Source: Octopus sinensis (taxonomy: Eukaryota). Taken from it: 16,604 nt of DNA. The position numbers were made by a program, and so were the translations under genes. The DNA lies in assembly GCF_006345805.1 (NCBI RefSeq), contig NW_021825081.1:1-16604 (forward strand), read 5' to 3'. Positions 1-9,412 of the stretch are shown in pieces; positions within the stretch are counted from its first letter, which is position 1; each line of letters starts with the position of its first letter. A model generated the notes under the pieces. That model was not told where the DNA came from and did not search any database. It saw only the letters and a list, made by a program, of their open reading frames with translations.

Positions 1-570
1 ATTTTGTTGTTCCTTCTTGTGGAAGAATAAGTGACATCACTATCTATATCGTTTTGATCAACTCTGTCATCTCATCATCACCATAATTGTATTCTTCAAT
101 CTCTTCTTCTTCAGAGTCACTTCAGGGTTGATGAGTTTGATAAAGAATGGGAGGCTTCAGCATCCGAGCATCTCCTCTTGGAATTATGGATAGTGTGCTT
201 GCTTGCAGCTTTACTTGTTGAATAACCCATTTTGCCCTGGCTTTGGAGTTGCATAGAGTAAAGCATTTTATCATCAGCATTGAGCCATTCATTGCAGACT
301 TTGTTGATATTGAACAGTTCCTCTAATGGCTCAAATTGTCTTTTTTAGGTGCATTTGTCATACAAATGAAGCACATTTTTGAGCCGGGAAATGATTGGAA
401 AATTCAGCTTATCTCTTCACAGCAGTGTCACCTCTTTCAATAATTCTGTCACTCTCTTCTTTCTGCCTTTAATTGATTTCCAAAAAAACTGGTACCGACC
501 AGCAACCTTCTCCTTGGGTGGCATTTGAATTCTGCTGTTCAGTGAGGCTTCACCTACAGACACATGACCT
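1..570 (-). pseudogene. Decayed ORF, probably the N-terminal part of a DNA-transposon protein (family unresolved)
   Basis: Manual minus-strand translation gives one frame of ~150 codons with two internal stops: GHVSVGEASLNSRIQMPPKEKVAGRYQFFWKSIKGRKKRVTELLKEVTLL*RDKLNFPIISRLKNVLHLYDKCT*KRQFEPLEELFNINKVCNEWLNADDKMLYSMQLQSQGKMGYSTSKAASKHTIHNSKRR. After a frameshift comes an acidic tract (SDSEEEEIEEYNYGDDE). The W..KLNFP / LFNI...WL..DDK.LY..Q....G..GYST....TIH.SKRR pattern resembles N-termini of invertebrate transposon-derived proteins as I recall them; not verified. Confidence 0.5.
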
Positions 571-594
571 CTAGATGAATGGGACTGGAACAGC

Positions 595-1606
595 ACCAGA
601 TGCAGTGTTTATGTAGGCAAATAAATACAAAAGCACCTGGAAGCATCCCTGATATATGTGGACTATGTTATAACTAAGAACAATGATTGCAGTGATTTCG
701 GGTTCACCAGAACTCACATAACATCCAAGTGTTACTTGGATCACAGAATGATTCACAGCAAGGTATTTGTTAATCCATATGGAAAGAGGCCACCAAAATC
801 CAGTTTACATCTGAGAATAAACATTGCTTCTTTAAAAAATCTAGAAATGATAAAAAATTTTGAAATACATTTAAATTCAAAGCTTGCAGAAATAGAGGAA
901 TGCCTAAAAATGTGGTGGCACAATATACGTGACAGCATCAAATCATCTGCTGAAGTAGTTCTAGAATTTGTGAAGCACAAACACCAACAAGAATGATTCT
1001 CAAATTAAACCTCTCCTAGAAACTTTGCACAAGAGACAAAAGACATGGATCTCAGACAAAAATTTGCCAACATCCAGATTCCTATACATCTCTAGAGAAA
1101 ATCTATGCAGAAAACTGCATGAGATGAAAAGTTTGGTGGACGAAACAAGCCCAAGAATTGGAACAGGCTGCTAACTCTCACAACTTGAGAACACTGTATA
1201 ACATTCTGAAAAATGTGTTTGGTCCAAAAAAAGGTAGTACAGAATCTATTCTCTCTAACGATGTAACACAACTCATAAGTAGGAAAGATGAAATTCTAAA
1301 AAGATTACCTGAACACTTTAAATCTGTATCAAATCAAGAATCCACTCGCAATGCTGAAGAACTAGTGGAACATCCTTCCTTGCAAGAGACAAGTACTGTT
1401 ATTGAAAAACTTTCCAATGGTAAAGATCTTGGACAAGACGATATTCCCATAGAGGTGTGCAAGCATGGTAGCAGACAAATTGTAAATAAACTGTGCAAAT
1501 TGATCTGTTTGATCTGGGAAACTGGATCTGTTCCCCAGCAGTTCAAAGATGCATGTATAATGCACCTGTACAAAAACAAAAGGAAGAGGAGTCAATGTGA
1601 TAATCC
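595..1606 (+). mobile_element. Old RTE-clade (BovB-like) LINE fragment: end of the APE endonuclease plus linker, truncated just before the RT core
   Basis: Translates, with stops and frameshifts, to KYKSTWKHP..DYVITK..CYLDHRMIHSK (APE C-terminal W.HP / DY / DH motifs). It continues LYNILKNVFGP..ILKRLPEHFKSV..KLSNGKDLGQDDIPIEV..IWETGSVPQQFKDACIMHLYKNKRKRSQCDN, matching the RTE consensus K(A/S)PG.D.IP.E..W..G.VPQ..KDA.I.HLYK.KG.R..CDN. Confidence 0.85.
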
Positions 1607-1671
1607 CCTTTTCCAATAGAAAAGATAAGATAATCAAAAAAGGAGAAATGTGATGTTATTGGCAAGCTATT

Positions 1672-1792
1672 CTAGTATAATTTATTTTATTGATACCTGT
1701 TGGATTAAAGTTAAAGCTGACTTGTGTGAGATTTGAACTCAGAATGCAGAGGAACAGAACTAAATAGAACAAAGCATTTAGTCTGGCACTCC
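1672..1792 (-). mobile_element. Degenerate tRNA-derived SINE fragment
   Basis: Reverse complement reads ...tgcattctgagttcaaatctcacacaagtcagctttaactttaatcc...gtatcaataaaataaa: a B-box-like GAGTTCAAATC followed by the 'gtcgactttgcctttcatcc...gataaaataagtac'-type body I recall from octopus SINEs. Confidence 0.6.
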
Positions 1793-3274
1793 ATTCTGGA
1801 CATAATTTTTGGAACAACTGTCCTTCAAAGTTCCGTACCTCATGGAAAAGAAAAGTGAGGTGGGCAGGTTTCCTTCATTTTGTTTCTAATCTTTTTATGT
1901 TTCATACATTGGAAAATTTCCTCACAATTCTGTCTTTCACATCCCACCCCTCAATTCTGTGCCCTTTTTTCCTTCCGTATCATTTAGGAAATAATTTTGA
2001 TTCTGGTTCATTCTGCCAGCTTCAGTTCCATGGGGTTTATTATTTCTACCTCAGCTGGATCCAAACCTACCAATTATATTACTTGCCCACCACGCGCACA
2101 GTTTTGCATCTACATCTCTGACAGGTCTGTGGAGGGGTACACGACCAGGTGATTAATAAGTTCACATCATAATCCTGACATGTTAGTATTGAGTTCAATC
2201 CAACTCCATCACACCTTGAGCAAGAATCTTTCAGCCTAGTTTTGGTTTGATCTTTTTTGACATTGCCTATGTCCTTCACAGACCATCTGGATGAATCAGG
2301 TTAATGATTAAGGCCATTGATGTGCCTTGTGAACCTTCATAAACCAACATTTGTGGGAAAGATATGAGCAGGGAAGGATTTCTTGAGAGAAACCATTTTG
2401 GGGAGGAAAAACTGAGCATAGCCATAAGTATGAAGCCTTCTAGGTAGGGCTGGATGGGTTTGGACATAAGAGGAATGATGAAAAGAGAAGAGGCAAATGG
2501 GATGGAAACTTTTGAGAGGAGGTGGTGTGAGCTCAGCTAGCTGCAAGGAGCAGAAGCCATATAGTACAGTAGAAATGACAGAGAGAGTGGACAGAGAATG
2601 TCTGGGCATCAGAGAATGGAGCACATCTACGAGTGACTTAATTTATTGCATCCACCTGTTTTCAAAATCTCCTTCAGAGTGGTACAATTAAATGGCTTGA
2701 ATGTGGATGTGGCTATTCAAAGCAACAGTAAAAACAGAAAAACTTCATGAAATATATGTAAAATATATATGAAAAATATATAAAAGAATAAGTAAAATAT
2801 TAAAAAAATTGACGAAAAACATTTACAATAAAATTCTAATTGATAGATATAAATCTTCCAGAAAAGAAAAAAAAAACAGTGATATACACAACCAAAATAT
2901 GTGGATGAAGTGAATCTCGTTGTGTAAGAATCAGCAGAATGTGTGGTTAACATGATAACTAGCTGCTAATGCCTCACTGTCTGTTGATTGGCTAAAATTG
3001 ATCAGATTTTCCCAACTTTAATTCCAAATAACATCAGATTCTTTAATTTATGAGATAAAGTAATTAGTTGAGCATAATCAAAATTCAGAACAGTATCAAT
3101 ACACCAGAATTGATAACAAGCTGAGCAAAATTAAAGGGGGCTGATTTTGTGAATGAAACTAACTAGATCGCAGACATTTAATTATTAAAGTGGGAAAATT
3201 ATCAAAAACGCCATTTCTATTCAGATTTTCAAATATATAATACTGTACCAATGGCTTTCTATTTCTTATTCTAC

Positions 3275-3300
3275 TATATATATATATATATATATATATA
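3275..3300. repeat. (TA)13 microsatellite
   Basis: Pure TA dinucleotide run. Confidence 0.95.
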
Positions 3301-3670
3301 ACTGCTACATTCTGTGTATCATCAAAATATTTAAATCATCCTCTCCAAACAATAAATATGCCTTTCATTTTATTTCTTGATGCTGTGGAAGAACAATGTG
3401 CTGAGGTTAGCGAGCCGAAATATTTAGAAATGAAACAACCACATAAGTGCAATCAATATTGTTAGTACACAGCATGATCTTAGAACCTATTTTTAAAATA
3501 AACAGACAGCTAACTATTACGAAATATGTGTTTTAATATGCATGTATGTATGTGTGAGTGTGTTTGAGTCTATCTCATTAGTATTTATTATGGTAGAATC
3601 ATTACACAGCTATCTTAATTTAAATATTATTTATAGCCATGCTATTTGTTCTTTTTTTCATTTCTTAAAG

Positions 3671-3712
3671 GCACGGATGGTACTTACATTAACGCTTCAA
3701 ATAAGCCTGCTG
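3671..3712 (+). CDS. Candidate 42-nt internal coding micro-exon of an unidentified host gene
   Basis: Acceptor ttgttctttttttcatttcttaaAG| and consensus donor CTG|GTAAGT. Length is a multiple of 3. The phase-1 reading is open: (G)TDGTYINASNKPA(G/x), with an N-A-S sequon. Phase 0 (ARMVLTLTLQISLL) is also open; phase 2 has a stop. Confidence 0.55.
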
Positions 3713-3949
3713 GTAAGTATATAAGCAATTTATTAACAAAAAATTACATTCATTAGAGCAAGATTAGCAAATAGTTTGGCTCATTCTTTCTTTGGGTAGA
3801 ATATGCAGCTTAATATATATATGATTGAAATTAAAACTTTGAAGATGTTAAAATTTCATTGCATATACAATAAACTTCTGCTGATGATAAATATACATAT
3901 TACATATATGTGTAAAAATCTCATCACGCAATCAAACCAATGAAAGAGC

Positions 3950-4011
3950 CTTTATCTGGTCGCTCAACATGCTAAAAATAGCAGCCAAAGTATCCCCCTT
4001 CCTAAATCACA
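3950..4011 (+). mobile_element. Short SINE/repeat 3'-tail remnant
   Basis: tggtcgctcaacatgctaaaaatagcagccaaagtatccccc...aaatcacac resembles a common octopus SINE tail as I recall it (gctagaaatagcagccaaatctccctcaaatcacac). It sits directly against the 5' edge of the USP relic. Confidence 0.45.
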
Positions 4012-4775
4012 CGCGCAAATATTCTTTATTATATTCAAAACACTGATGCAAATTTAGAAAGGATTATTGGTGGAAGATTTAATGATAGAAGCCAACAATG
4101 TGCTCATGAATTTTGGAAAGAAATTTATCTTTATTTTCAAACGTAATTTCAACAAAAGTTTACATTCATCAAATATGACACTGCTAGATGCATTAGATTG
4201 CACCAACATACTTGCAACATCTTTGTAAATATAATTTGCAACTGCAATACAGTTGTTTGTGGTAGACAATCACAACTACCTATTGATTTAAAAGAAGAAC
4301 TGTTTCTGCAACCAATTAATGGTCCTCAACAATTTAAATTTTTGATTACTAAAATCACAACATATTCACTTACAAAAAATTGTGAAACATGTTCACTCAA
4401 TACTGAACATGAAATTACTTCCAGAATTGAATTTCCTCCTGAATTTAAATATCTTGTTATTCAAATTAATAGATTTTAATTAATCAAAATGTTAATATGG
4501 AAGAATCAAATGTGATATAATGAACTTCAAATCAAAAAGGCAGCAAATATTTGGCACAAATTTTCCTCTAAGAGCTGTTGTTATTCATAGAGGACCAACA
4601 TCTAGAGCAGGCCACACTGATTAAAACTAGAGATGATATTTGGGATGAAATCAATGACAACATCATTACAAAAAGACAAACTAAATTTCCTCCCAAATTG
4701 CCTGACATTGTTTTATTATTCATGGAAAAAAATGCAAACAAATTAAAAAACAAAATTCAGTGGAATTGTAACTAA
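4012..4775 (+). pseudogene. Intronless ubiquitin-specific protease (USP / peptidase C19) pseudogene, Cys-box missing
   Basis: Three frames join into USP boxes in the right order: GRFNDRSQQCAHEFW (4093-4113, QQDAHEF box); stop at 4144; IICNC...KNCETC (zinc-ribbon cysteines); YLVIQINRF (4450-4476, LxIxLKRF box); frameshift; FPLRAVVIHRGPTSRAGH (4562-4615, His box, catalytic His codon 4613-4615); frameshift; LIKTRDDIWDEINDNIIT (W..hND); IVLLFMEK (final YxLFY-type box); stop 4773-4775. Confidence 0.85.
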
Positions 4776-5228
4776 AAATTAAATTTAAGAAGAAGATTGT
4801 ATGATTGATTAATGATTATTTAGGAACCAAATTCATAAATAGAAAAAAGTAACAAGAACATTTTCTTAAATTTGGAAATTAAAAATAGTTTTTTTGGTTT
4901 ATAAAATGGTTTTAATTTATGAAAAACCAAATATTTACATAAAATTGACAGTACAATAGTAGTCATTTTTTATTGCAAAATTAGGTTACATATGGTGAGC
5001 CTGGTAACTGATGGTTTTGGGGTCTTGTTGTTTGTAACATTTGGTGAACCATTGTGCAACCAACAACATAGTAAAAATCCCAGCCATTAATTCAATCAAA
5101 ACATATATTTAAATTAAACATGGAAAAATTGAAATATTATCTTTGAGTATTTTATAAGGTAAAATCTTAAATTATTGACTGACACATTATTAATTAACTT
5201 ATAACATCAATGCCTGGAAAAATCATGG

Positions 5229-5759
5229 ATTACGTGGAAAAATGCGAGCATAAAAAGTAATATTCTTAAGATTATAAACCTGGAAAAGTACAGGACAAGT
5301 TATTACACATTTAAAAGTATAGGACAAACTATTACTTCAAGTAAAGTAAAGAATAAGAAACTTTTTACTTAAAACATTGCCACTAAAATTAAAATTTGAG
5401 TATTAAAAATCATTTTATTATAGTTTACAAATAGTTTACAAATAACACTATACTTATTTAAATAGAATTTGGCTAATTTACTACATTAAATACAGAACAA
5501 AGTGACTAATTAGACAAACTTACAAATTAGATGAACAGTTTGTACAATAAATTTAAAAGATGAGAACTGTGAAGAATGATAAATTAGAAGAAATGGCATT
5601 CTTTGCTGCAATATTTTAAGTAAAAAGTTTCTTATTCTTTACTTTACTTGAAGTAATAGTTTGTCCTGTACTTTTACAGGTGTAATAACTTGTCTTGTAC
5701 TTTCCCAGGTTTATAATCTTAAGAATATTACTTTTCATGCTCACATTTTTCCATGTAAT
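5229..5759. mobile_element. Foldback / MITE-like element with 152-bp terminal inverted repeats
   Basis: Arm 5229-5380 is the reverse complement of 5608-5759, with 9 substitutions and no indels by manual alignment (~94%). The 227-bp AT-rich spacer is non-coding. TA flanks 5233-5755 on both sides (possible TSD). Each arm holds two ~29-bp subrepeats (aaaagtacaggacaagttattac / aaaagtataggacaaactattac). Confidence 0.85.
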
Positions 5760-5771
5760 ATATATATATAT

Positions 5772-7854
5772 AGAGTTAGTTTAGATGAGATGCAGTTTGG
5801 GTTTGTCCCAGGGAAAAGCACCACTGATGCTATATTCCTGGTAAGGCAGCTGCAGGAGAAATACCTAGCCAAGGATAAGCCCCTGTACCTGGCTTTTGTT
5901 GACATGAGAAAGCCTTTGATAGGGTCCCCCGACCCTCATCTGGTGGTCAATGAGGAAACTAGGGATAGATGAATGGCTGGTGAGGGCTGTGCAAGCCATG
6001 TACAGAGATGCCGTAAGTAAGGTTAGAGTTGGCAACATGTACACAGAAGAATTCAAAGTAGAGGTTGGGGTCCACCAGGGTTCAGTACTCAGCCCCCTCC
6101 TATTTATCATAGTCCTCCAGCAATAACGGAGGAATTCAAGACCGGTTGCCCCTGGGAGCTCCTCTATGCTGACGACCTCGCTCTAATCGCTGAGTCACTA
6201 TCAGAACTGGAGGAGAAGTTCCAGGTGTGGAAGGAGGGTTTATAGAATCGAGGGGCCTTAGAGTCAACTAGCTAAAACCAAAGTACTAATAAGTAGAAAG
6301 GTAGAAAACCCACAAATTCATCAGGAAGATGGCCCTGTTCGATCTGTAGAAAAGGTGTAGGTGAAACTCTATAAGATGTACCCAGTGTAAGCTATGGACA
6401 CATAAGAGGTGCAGCAATGTCAAAGGTAACTGGGAAGATAGTTTCTGTATGTGGCAGGTGCTCTGGAGCACTGACCTCCGAAAATCTGCAGAAAACAACT
6501 TCTGTCACCTTCCGGGGGAAAAACTAGAAGTAGTTGATAGTTTCCGCTATCTAGGTGACCAAGTCAGTAGTGGGGGTTGGTGCTGAAAGTGTAACTGCTA
6601 GAATAAGATAGCCTGGGCAAAGTTTAGGGAGCTCTTACCTCTGCTGGTGACTAAAGGCCTCTCGCTCAGAGTAAAAGGCAGACTGTATGATGCATGTGTA
6701 CGAACAGCTATGCTACATGGCAGTGAAACATGGGCCGTGACTGCTGAGGACATGCGTAAGCTCGTGAGGAACGAAGCCAGTATGCTCCGATGGATGTGTA
6801 ATGTCAGTGTACTTACTCGACAGAGCGTTAGTACCTTGAGAGAAATGTTGTACCTAAGAAGCATCAGTTGTTGTGTGCAAGAGAGACGATTGCGCTGGTA
6901 TGGTCATGTGGCGAGAATGGATGAAGAGAGGTGTGTGAGAAAGTGCCAATCCCTAGCAGTTGAGGGAACCCGTGGAAGAGGTAGACCCAGAAAACCTGGG
7001 ACGAGTGTTGAAGCACGACCTTCGGACGTTAGGTCTCACCATGGAAATGACTAGAGACCGAGACCTATGAAAGTATGCTGTGCGTGAGAAGACCCGGCAA
7101 CTAGTGAAGCATAATCCGTGGCCCCTACCTGGGACGTAGTCAGTCCCACTGTGCATACCTTCCTTCTTGTGACACTTGTGAAGACCTGTTGAGGCAAGTG
7201 AGAATCGAATCGTATCAAATCAATCGAACCAAATCAAAATAGATGAACATCAATGGAATTTGTATCCTTGTGGTACCAGTGCCGGTGGCACATAAGAAAA
7301 CCATCCGAACGTGACCGTAGCCAGTACCGCAATGACTGGCCTCCGTGCTGAGGGCACGTAACAAACACCATCCGAGCGTGGCCGTCCGCCAGCCTCGTCT
7401 AGCACCTGTGTCGGTGACACATAAGAAAACACCATCCGAGCGTGGCCGTCTGCCAGCCTCGTCTGGCACCTGTGTCGGTGGCACATAAAAAACACCATCC
7501 GAGCGTGGCCGTCTGCCAGCCTCGTCTGGCACCTGTGTCGGTGGCACATAAAAAACACCATCCGAGCGTGGCCGTCTGCCAGCCTCGTCTGGCACCTGTG
7601 TCGGTGGCACATAAAAAACACCATCCGAGCGTTGCCGTCTGCCAGCCTCGTCTGGCACTGTGTCGGTGGCACATATAATCACCCACTACACTCTCGGAGT
7701 GGTTGGCGTTAGGAAGGGCATCCAGCTGTAGAAACACTGCCACATCTGACTGGCCTGGTGCAGCCTTCGGGCTTCCCAGACCCCAGTTGAACCGTCCAAC
7801 CCATGCTAGCATGGAAAGCGGACGTTAAACGATGATGATGATGATGATGATGAT
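5772..7854 (+). mobile_element. Young 5'-truncated RTE-clade LINE (RT, C-terminal region, 3' UTR, (GAT)8 tail)
   Basis: QFGFVPGKSTTDAIFLVRQLQEK..AFVD(M)EKAFD..GVHQGSVLSPLLF..YADD (6165-6176)..FRYLG..AWAKFRELLP..CVRTAMLHGSETW..RRLRWYGHVARM..RGRGRPRKTW, broken only by short indels. The 3' end is tggttggcgttaggaagggcatcc...catgctagcatggaaagcggacgttaaac(gat)8. TA tracts flank both ends. Confidence 0.95.
7363..7675 (+). repeat. 63-bp minisatellite, 5 copies, inside the RTE 3' UTR
   Basis: The landmark 'cgtgg/cgttg' recurs at 7377, 7441, 7504, 7567 and 7630 (period 63-64). This repeat explains the repetitive ORFs at 7215-7812. Confidence 0.95.
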
Positions 7855-7964
7855 ATATATATATATTATATATATAATATCTAGCCAATTCAAATAAACA
7901 GAAAAAAAAGAAAACACAACATGTATCCTCTAGTTTTATGTACTCATGCATTGGTTTTGCTAGT

Positions 7965-8500
7965 ATGATGCCTACTTCACCACCTCCAAGCTTCTGTTTA
8001 GATAGTCAGTCCAATCTTTGGGTTGCATGAGACAGTAATATTTTCAGAGTAGCTGCACAGTTTCTCTCCAGCACTGAAGATTCTTTAACTTTTGAGTATG
8101 CATAGAGTGTATTCATTTCTTTCTTTACCGTTCAGCAGATGTTGTCTGTGACATTCAAAGGCTGTTTGTACTGACCTTATCCGTCTACCAACATTCTTTG
8201 TCCCACATAGATCCTATGTGAATCACTGCTACTGAGGAAGTTAACAGTGATGGTCAGTACCTTTCTAGTTTTGATGTCCAGGTTGCAGATCTTGTAAAGT
8301 CTCCGGTTCAGTACCTCAAATGTTAGTATTAACTCTATCACTGTATAGGCATGGTGAGATATGATCTTGCTAAATGCAGACAGCTCTGAGTTCCATTTTC
8401 CTGAAACCTGCCGAAGTACTCTTTTGTTATTCCGTATGCAATGTGTGCAACATTCTCATGGATTCCAGGATGCCTGCAGTTTTCAACATTAGAGTTAGGG
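7965..8500 (-). mobile_element. Old R4/Dong-like non-LTR retrotransposon relic (post-RT region)
   Basis: Minus strand, with frameshifts: ITKEYFGRFRK.WNSELSAFSKIISHHAYTVIELILTFEVLN...NLDIKTRKVLTITVNFLSSSDSHRIYV..KNVGRRIRSVQTAFEC. This matches the R4/Dong signature W.SEL...NK..A.N.F..P.L..TFG...W....ID.KTRK.L.....H..SD.DRLY..R..GGRGL.S. Confidence 0.7.
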
Positions 8501-8694
8501 GAGATAGAATGTACATGTTCACTGGTTGGCTGACATGAGGGCATGTATCTTCTATGTGTAAAGATCATATGATGTATATATTTACTGTCCTGTTCAGAGG
8601 AAAACTATCCTGGTTAAATCGACAGAATGTGTGGGTCCTCTTTGAAATGTCAGAGTGAAGAATATTGGTTATACATGCTAGGAGAGAAGCCTCC

Positions 8695-8876
8695 ATCCCT
8701 AATGTTTAAGACATTTTTTGATTGGATGAAGTTTAGCTTTTCAGTAATGCGAAGTGTACATTTGGTGCCCTTAACCCTGTATTTTTTGGCTTTGGTAATA
8801 ATGTTCCATATTATCTTGGGAGGGGGTTGCTTACTCCTCCATCTTTCAATGTCCATATCATATTGGATAGGAATGT
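8695..8876 (-). mobile_element. Penelope-like element relic, C-terminal part of the GIY-YIG endonuclease
   Basis: ERWRSKQPPPKIIWNIITKAKKYRVKGTKCTLRITEKLNFIQSKNVLNIRD matches the PLE consensus IW.LK....I.W.I...AK.Y....K.C.LC.TEK..I......LN.R.E. Cut by a (TA)n tract at ~8878. Confidence 0.7.
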
Positions 8877-8892
8877 TGATATATATATATAT

Positions 8893-8924
8893 ATGAGGTG
8901 GTATCAAAGGTTCTTGGACTAGTT
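8893..8924 (+). mobile_element. Possible mariner terminal inverted repeat
   Basis: TA-tgaggtggtatcaaaggttcttggactagtt resembles mariner-type ends (TA-CGAGG....TCAAAAAGTTCC.GGACT). No matching partner end seen in the window. Confidence 0.35.
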
Positions 8925-9090
8925 ATGTTTAAACTGTTCAGAGTACAGGCTGGCATTAGTGGTTTGGTATCTAGAGCAACTTGTGAATTGTCCCTTCATA
9001 ATTCCACCAGATGCAGGGCATGACCTTGAGTTTGAAGCTATCCCTTGCTGAACAACTGCTTATGCATGTTAGGATTGCAAAAAAATATCT
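8925..9090 (-). mobile_element. Mariner transposase catalytic-core fragment (inverted)
   Basis: Minus strand: IFFCNPNMHKQ.FSKG*..FKLKVMPCIWWNYEGTIH..YQTTNASLYSEQ, matching the mariner motif (DEKW)I...N......QW...KVMLC.WW...G.IH.ELL...QTINA.LY.EQL. Confidence 0.8.
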
Positions 9091-9366
9091 CTCTAAGATT
9101 ATTACTTTTTCTGTTTCATCGCTCACTTCTTACACTCACAATGCTTCATCAATCAAGAGGTGGTAGAAGCATCTGTGAAGGTGTTCTTTGACTTGAAGGA
9201 CAAGAACTGGTATCAGCGTGGTGTCGAAGAACTGGCAGGAAGGTGACTTCAAATAGTGAAACATGGTGGCTGCTACTTTGAATGCTCTGTTGCTTTTGCT
9301 GTAACTTGATGAATAATGCAAGTAGATTACTAAAATTTTGCAAAAGGTTTAACTCTGCACAATAAT
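9091..9366 (+). mobile_element. Mariner transposase C-terminus and probable right end
   Basis: L*DYYFFCFIAHFLHSQCFINQEVVEASVKVFFDLKDKNWYQRGVEELAGR*LQIVKHGGCYFE matches the mariner C-terminus (PSDYHLF.SM.HFL...F....V......FF.SK...WY.RGI..L..RW......G.YFE). It is followed by a 3' UTR and a TIR-like gcaaaaggtttaactctgcacaata-ATA. Confidence 0.85.
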
Positions 9367-9412
9367 ATGGCCACTACCATTAGCAATATATCAGCTCCTT
9401 AATGACCACTGT

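Noticed and set aside
1800-2700. Moderate-GC stretch with several 60-95 aa ORFs
   Set aside because: I translated the minus-strand frames and checked the listed ORFs but found no recognisable TE or protein motif. It may be an old repeat, but I cannot support a call.
2678-2727. Possible exon after ctccttcAG (reads SGTIKWLECGCGYSKQ)
   Set aside because: Weak donor (aca|gtaaaa), 50-nt length and no recognisable domain.
2997-3206. Imperfect ~20-bp inverted repeat (ttgat..attttcccaactttaa / ttaaagtgggaaaattatcaa)
   Set aside because: Short, gapped and AT-rich, with no clear TSD. It could be a very old MITE but the evidence is insufficient.
3515-3545. RNMCFN as a displaced USP Cys-box
   Set aside because: Lacks the G(L)xNxGNTC(Y/F)xN pattern and lies ~480 bp from the relic on the other side of the candidate exon. 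Probably chance.
7215-7812. Long overlapping ORFs with 21-aa repeats (VPDEAGRRPRSDGVFYVPPTQ and others)
   Set aside because: They result from a stop-free 63-bp minisatellite in the RTE 3' UTR, open in several frames on both strands. Not a gene, and not CRISPR (no unique spacers).
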